Shown here in pieces: positions 60,164 to 64,000 of a stretch of 64,000 bases of DNA; within the stretch, counting starts at the first letter, position 1; each line of letters opens with the position of its first letter. The notes under the pieces are model-generated. The model had not been told where the DNA came from. It worked only from the letters and a program-made list of their open reading frames with translations, and searched no databases. The translations under genes were made by a program, and so were the position numbers. The DNA is from Gammaproteobacteria bacterium (lineage in GTDB: Bacteria; Pseudomonadota; Gammaproteobacteria; Natronospirales; DASSBR01): NCBI GenBank assembly GCA_035708085.1, contig DASSTE010000055.1:1975-65974 (forward strand). The letters run 5' to 3'.

Positions 60164-61305
60164 GCGTCCGCAAGCACTTTTTTCAGCGCCTCGATAAAGC
60201 GCCGGTTTTCGTCCGGCAACCCGACCGTCACGCGCAGATGCGTCGGCAGATCGTAGCCGCCGATCGGGCGGACGATGACGCCTTCGCGCAGCAGCAGTTC
60301 GAACACTTCGCGGCCATCGCGGCGCACGTCGACGGTGACGAAATTACCCACCGACGGCAGAAACGACAGGCCCATGTCCGTCAGTGCGCGTTCGAGTGCC
60401 GCACGTCCTTCGCGGTTCGTTCGCACCGCCTCGTCGAGGTGGGCGGTATCGGCCAACGCCGCCTGCGCCGCGACTTGGGCCAGCGCATTGACGTTGAACG
60501 GCGGCCGGACGCGGTTCATCAGGTTGGCGAGCTGCGGATGCGAGATCGCGCAACCGACCCGCAGCCCCGCGAGCCCGTACGCCTTCGAAAACGTATGCAG
60601 CACGACGAGGTTCGGGTAATGCTCCAGCAGCCGCACGCCGTTGGGGTAATCGGCTTGCTCGACGTATTCGAAATACGCCTCGTCGAGCACGACGACGACC
60701 TCGTCCGGCACTGCATCGAGGAAACGCACCAACTCGTCGCGACCCAGCCAGGTGCCGGTCGGATTGTTGGGGTTGGCGATAAACACCAGCCGGGTCGCAG
60801 CGTCGATCAGCGCAAGCATCGCGTCGAGGTTGTGGCCGTAGGGCATCGGCGCATCGGCCGGATTGGCAGCGGCAATGCGGAGCTCCGCGCCGACAGCGCG
60901 CGTGGCAATCACATAGCTGACGAAGCCGTGGCGCGACATCACCGCATTGCGGCTGCTATCGAGCATCACTTCGCCCAGTATCCGCACCAGCTCATCGGAG
61001 CCGTTGCCCAGGGTGATCTGGTCTGCCGACACCGCCCAATGCGCCGCGAGTGCCTGCTTGAGATCGTAGGCATTACCGTCCGGATAAATGGCCAGCTCGT
61101 CGAGTTGCGCCTGAACCGCCGTCTTCGCTTTCGGGCTGGGCCCGAGCGGGCTCTCGTTCGAAGCGAGCTTGACGATTTCCGTCAGGCCGTATTCGCGCTG
61201 GACCTCGCCGATCGGCTTGCCCGGTTCATACGGCTTGAGTTCGCGCACACCCGGCACGGCGAGCTTGCTGAAATCTGTGGCTTTGCTTTTCTGAACTGCG
61301 TCCAT
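60160..61305 (-). CDS. hisC: histidinol-phosphate / aromatic aminotransferase (class II)
   Basis: 381 aa. LASNESPLGP, and the PLP-lysine context TFSKAYGLAGLRVG. 4-nt overlap with aroA. Confidence 0.9.
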   Translation of the reverse strand: MDAVQKSKATDFSKLAVPGVRELKPYEPGKPIGEVQREYGLTEIVKLASNESPLGPSPKAKTAVQAQLDELAIYPDGNAYDLKQALAAHWAVSADQITLGNGSDELVRILGEVMLDSSRNAVMSRHGFVSYVIATRAVGAELRIAAANPADAPMPYGHNLDAMLALIDAATRLVFIANPNNPTGTWLGRDELVRFLDAVPDEVVVVLDEAYFEYVEQADYPNGVRLLEHYPNLVVLHTFSKAYGLAGLRVGCAISHPQLANLMNRVRPPFNVNALAQVAAQAALADTAHLDEAVRTNREGRAALERALTDMGLSFLPSVGNFVTVDVRRDGREVFELLLREGVIVRPIGGYDLPTHLRVTVGLPDENRRFIEALKKVLADA

Positions 61306-61308
61306 TCT

Positions 61309-62388
61309 TCAACCGTGCCGTTTCTCGAAATCGTGCATGAAATCAATCAGCGCCGCGATGCCCGCTTCCGGCATTGCGTTGTAAATGCTGGCGCGCACCC
61401 CGCCGACGGACTGATGGCCGTGCAGGTTGGCGAGCCCCGCCGCCTCGGCTTCGTCGAGGAATACCGGTTCCAGCGCCGCATCGGCGAGCAGGAACGGCAC
61501 GTTCATCAGTGAACGTGCACGCGGCGCGACGTTGTTGGTGTAAAAGCCACTGGCGTCGACCGTATCGTAAAGGCGCATGGCCTTGCGGCGATTGATGGCC
61601 TCGATCGCGGTCAAGCCACCCTGCGCCTTGAGCCACTTGAGCACGAGGCCCGCGACGTACCAGGACCAGGTCGGCGGCGTATTGAGCATTGAATGCGTTT
61701 CGTCCTGCTGGCGGTAATCCAGCACGCCCGGCGTCGTCGGCAGCGCCTTGCCCAGCAGGTCGCGGCGCACGATCACGACCGTCATGCCGGCGGGCCCGAT
61801 GTTCTTTTGCGCGCCGGCGTAGATCAGCCCGAAGCGCGAAATGTCGAGCGGCCGCGACAGCAATTCCGACGTCATGTCGGTGACCAGCAGCGCGCCTTCG
61901 AATTCCGGCGTCTCGCGATACTGCACGCCGCCAATGGTTTCGTTGGCCACGTAATGCACGAAGGCGGCATCCGTGGCCACGCGCCATTCGCTTGCCGGCA
62001 CGATATCGCGATAGCGACTGGCCTCAGCGTCGCCCGCGGTTTCAACCCGCATGTAAGGCCGGGCGATCTCCATCGCGCCGCGCGACCAGTGGCCCGTTTT
62101 GACGAAGGCGGCGTGCGAGCCGTGCGCGGCGAGGTTCATGACCATTGCCGCAGCCTGCAACCGCGCGCCGCCCTGCATGAACAGCACCGCGTAATCGTCC
62201 GGCACCGCCAGCAGTTCGCGCAGGTCGGCTTCCGCCTCGGCAGCGATCCGCTGGAAAAGCGGCCGCCGGTGCGGCAGTTCCATCGCCGACATGCCGCTGC
62301 CGCGACAATCGCGCAATTCGTCGCGCACCTGGTCGAGTACCGCGTCCGGCAGTTCCGCCGGACCGGCGGCAAAGTTGTATACGGTCAT
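61309..62388 (-). CDS. serC: phosphoserine aminotransferase
   Basis: 359 aa. Starts [25 protein letters not shown] motif. Confidence 0.93.
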   Translation of the reverse strand: MTVYNFAAGPAELPDAVLDQVRDELRDCRGSGMSAMELPHRRPLFQRIAAEAEADLRELLAVPDDYAVLFMQGGARLQAAAMVMNLAAHGSHAAFVKTGHWSRGAMEIARPYMRVETAGDAEASRYRDIVPASEWRVATDAAFVHYVANETIGGVQYRETPEFEGALLVTDMTSELLSRPLDISRFGLIYAGAQKNIGPAGMTVVIVRRDLLGKALPTTPGVLDYRQQDETHSMLNTPPTWSWYVAGLVLKWLKAQGGLTAIEAINRRKAMRLYDTVDASGFYTNNVAPRARSLMNVPFLLADAALEPVFLDEAEAAGLANLHGHQSVGGVRASIYNAMPEAGIAALIDFMHDFEKRHG

Positions 62389-64000
62389 TCTTCGCCGCCT
62401 TCCTCTTCGCCATTTTCCTCGACCGGCACCAGCCGATCGATACCCACCAATTGCTCGCCCTCGCCCAGCCGGATCAGGCGCACGCCCTGCGTGTTGCGGC
62501 CCAGCACGGAAATGTCGGCGACGCCGGTTCGTACCAGCGTGCCGCCGTTGCTGATCAGCATGATTTCGTCTTCCTCGACCACCTGAATCGCACCGATCGC
62601 CTGGCCGTTGCGCCCACCGGTCTGAATCGAAATGACGCCCTGCCCGCCGCGACCGCGGATCGGATAATCGCGCGCCGCCGTGCGCTTGCCGTAACCGTTT
62701 TCGGTCGCGGTCAGAATATCGCCGTCGCCGACGATGATCAGCGCATTGACGACCGCATCCGACGCCAGCCGAATACCGCGCACACCGGCCGCAGTACGAC
62801 CCATCGCGCGCACATCCGTTTCGCGGAAGTGAATCGCCTTGCCGTTGCTCGCGAACAGCATGACTTCCTTGCTGCCGTCGGTGATTGCGACGCCGACCAG
62901 TTCGTCGCCTTCGCGCAGGTCGAGCGCGATCAGGCCGGTAGAGCGCGGCCGCGAGAACTGCTCGAGCGAGGTTTTCTTGACCGTGCCGTTGCGGGTTGCC
63001 ATGAAGACGAACGAATCTTCGGCGTATTCACGCACCGGCAGCACGGCGGTTATGCGTTCGTCCTGATCCAGCGGCAACAGGTTGACGATCGGCTTGCCGC
63101 GCGCGCCGCGGCTCGCCTGCGGCAACTCGTACACCTTGAGCCAGTACACTTTGCCGGCGCTTGAGAAGCACAGCACCGTGTCGTGCGTGCTGGCGACGAA
63201 CAGCGTGTCGATAAAGTCTTCGTCCTTGAAACTGGTCGCGCTCTTGCCGCGCCCGCCGCGCCGCTGCGCGCGATACGCGGTCACCGGCTGCGCCTTGGCG
63301 TAGCCTTCGTGCGACAACGTCACGACCACATCTTCTTCGGTGATCAGGTCTTCCAGCGTCAGGTCGAGGTGATCGGTCAGAATCTCCGTCCGGCGTTCGT
63401 CGGCGTACTGCGAGCGGATTTCGACCAGTTCGCCGCGCACCACTTCGCGCAGTCGTTCTTCGGAGGAGAGAATGTCAGAAAGCTCTTTAATTTTATCGAG
63501 CAAGTCCTTGTATTCATTTATTATTTTATCTTGTTCGAGACCGGTCAGTCGCTGCAGCCGCAGGTCCAGGATGGCCTGCGCCTGCGCCTCGGACAGGCGA
63601 TAACCGCCGTCGACGAGACCGAATTCCCGGCCGAGGCCTGCCGGCCGCGATGCCTCCGCGCCGGCGCGCTCCAGCATGCCGGTGACCGTGCCGGGCTCCC
63701 AGAGTTGCGTCATCAGGCCGGCTTTGGCTTCAGCCGCGCCGGGCGAAGCCTTGATCAAGGCGATCACCGGATCGATGTTCGCCAGCGCGACGGCCAGGCC
63801 CTCCAAAACGTGAGCCCGGTCACGCGCCTTGCCGAGATCGTACACGGTGCGCCGGGTGACGACTTCGCGGCGGTGACGAATGAATGCTTCCAGCATCGTC
63901 TTGAGGTCGAGCAACCGTGGCTGCCCGTCGACCAGCGCGACCATGTTGATGCCGAATACGGATTGCATCGCGGTGTGCTGGTACAGGTTGTTCAGCATCA
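62385..64000 (-). CDS. gyrA: DNA gyrase subunit A, C-terminal two-thirds (5' end beyond the right edge of the window)
   Basis: [23 protein letters not shown]..., beta-pinwheel repeats (RGGRGK..., GVRGIRL) and an acidic tail [11 protein letters not shown]. The reading frame is open to position 64000. Confidence 0.95.
   Translation of the reverse strand, partial: MLNNLYQHTAMQSVFGINMVALVDGQPRLLDLKTMLEAFIRHRREVVTRRTVYDLGKARDRAHVLEGLAVALANIDPVIALIKASPGAAEAKAGLMTQLWEPGTVTGMLERAGAEASRPAGLGREFGLVDGGYRLSEAQAQAILDLRLQRLTGLEQDKIINEYKDLLDKIKELSDILSSEERLREVVRGELVEIRSQYADERRTEILTDHLDLTLEDLITEEDVVVTLSHEGYAKAQPVTAYRAQRRGGRGKSATSFKDEDFIDTLFVASTHDTVLCFSSAGKVYWLKVYELPQASRGARGKPIVNLLPLDQDERITAVLPVREYAEDSFVFMATRNGTVKKTSLEQFSRPRSTGLIALDLREGDELVGVAITDGSKEVMLFASNGKAIHFRETDVRAMGRTAAGVRGIRLASDAVVNALIIVGDGDILTATENGYGKRTAARDYPIRGRGGQGVISIQTGGRNGQAIGAIQVVEEDEIMLISNGGTLVRTGVADISVLGRNTQGVRLIRLGEGEQLVGIDRLVPVEENGEEEGGEE

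Overview
High-GC chromosome segment from a Gram-negative, proteobacterial-type organism (lapA/lapB, kdsA and ihfB are present). No rRNA, tRNA, CRISPR array, transposase or integrase was seen. (1) Positions 1-27.5 kb hold the stand-out locus. A minus-strand operon encodes a MacA/HlyD-like adaptor, one LolD/MacB-type ABC ATPase, and at least nine tandem ADOP-type duplicated MacB/FtsX permease paralogs of about 800-820 aa each. Eight are complete. The ninth runs off the left edge and is missing from the ORF track because it has no stop inside the window. Upstream lies a control region with two near-identical sigma-54 (-24/-12) promoters, each about 65 bp downstream of a 17-N3-17 palindrome. The distal promoter drives only a short transcript carrying a 76-codon ORF. 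A divergent NtrC-family sigma-54 activator and its histidine kinase follow. (2) Positions 27.5-49.7 kb are mixed accessory genes: a lipoprotein, an SseA-like sulfurtransferase, an SDR, a MarR/EmrA/EmrB-like cluster, a Usp, an RND adaptor and pump, and an enoyl-CoA hydratase. This block also holds a tightly overlapping KaiC-like / pseudo-receiver / degenerate-GGDEF-EAL operon next to two paralogous PAS/GAF hybrid histidine kinases. (3) Positions 49.7-64 kb are a conserved housekeeping block on the minus strand: gyrA(partial)-serC-hisC-aroA-cmk-rpsA-ihfB-lapA-lapB-pyrG-kdsA-eno-ftsB. A family of nested palindromic intergenic repeats occurs at three loci (about 30.1-30.3, 38.27 and 54.07-54.39 kb). 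Most long ORFs opposite the called genes are high-GC shadow ORFs.
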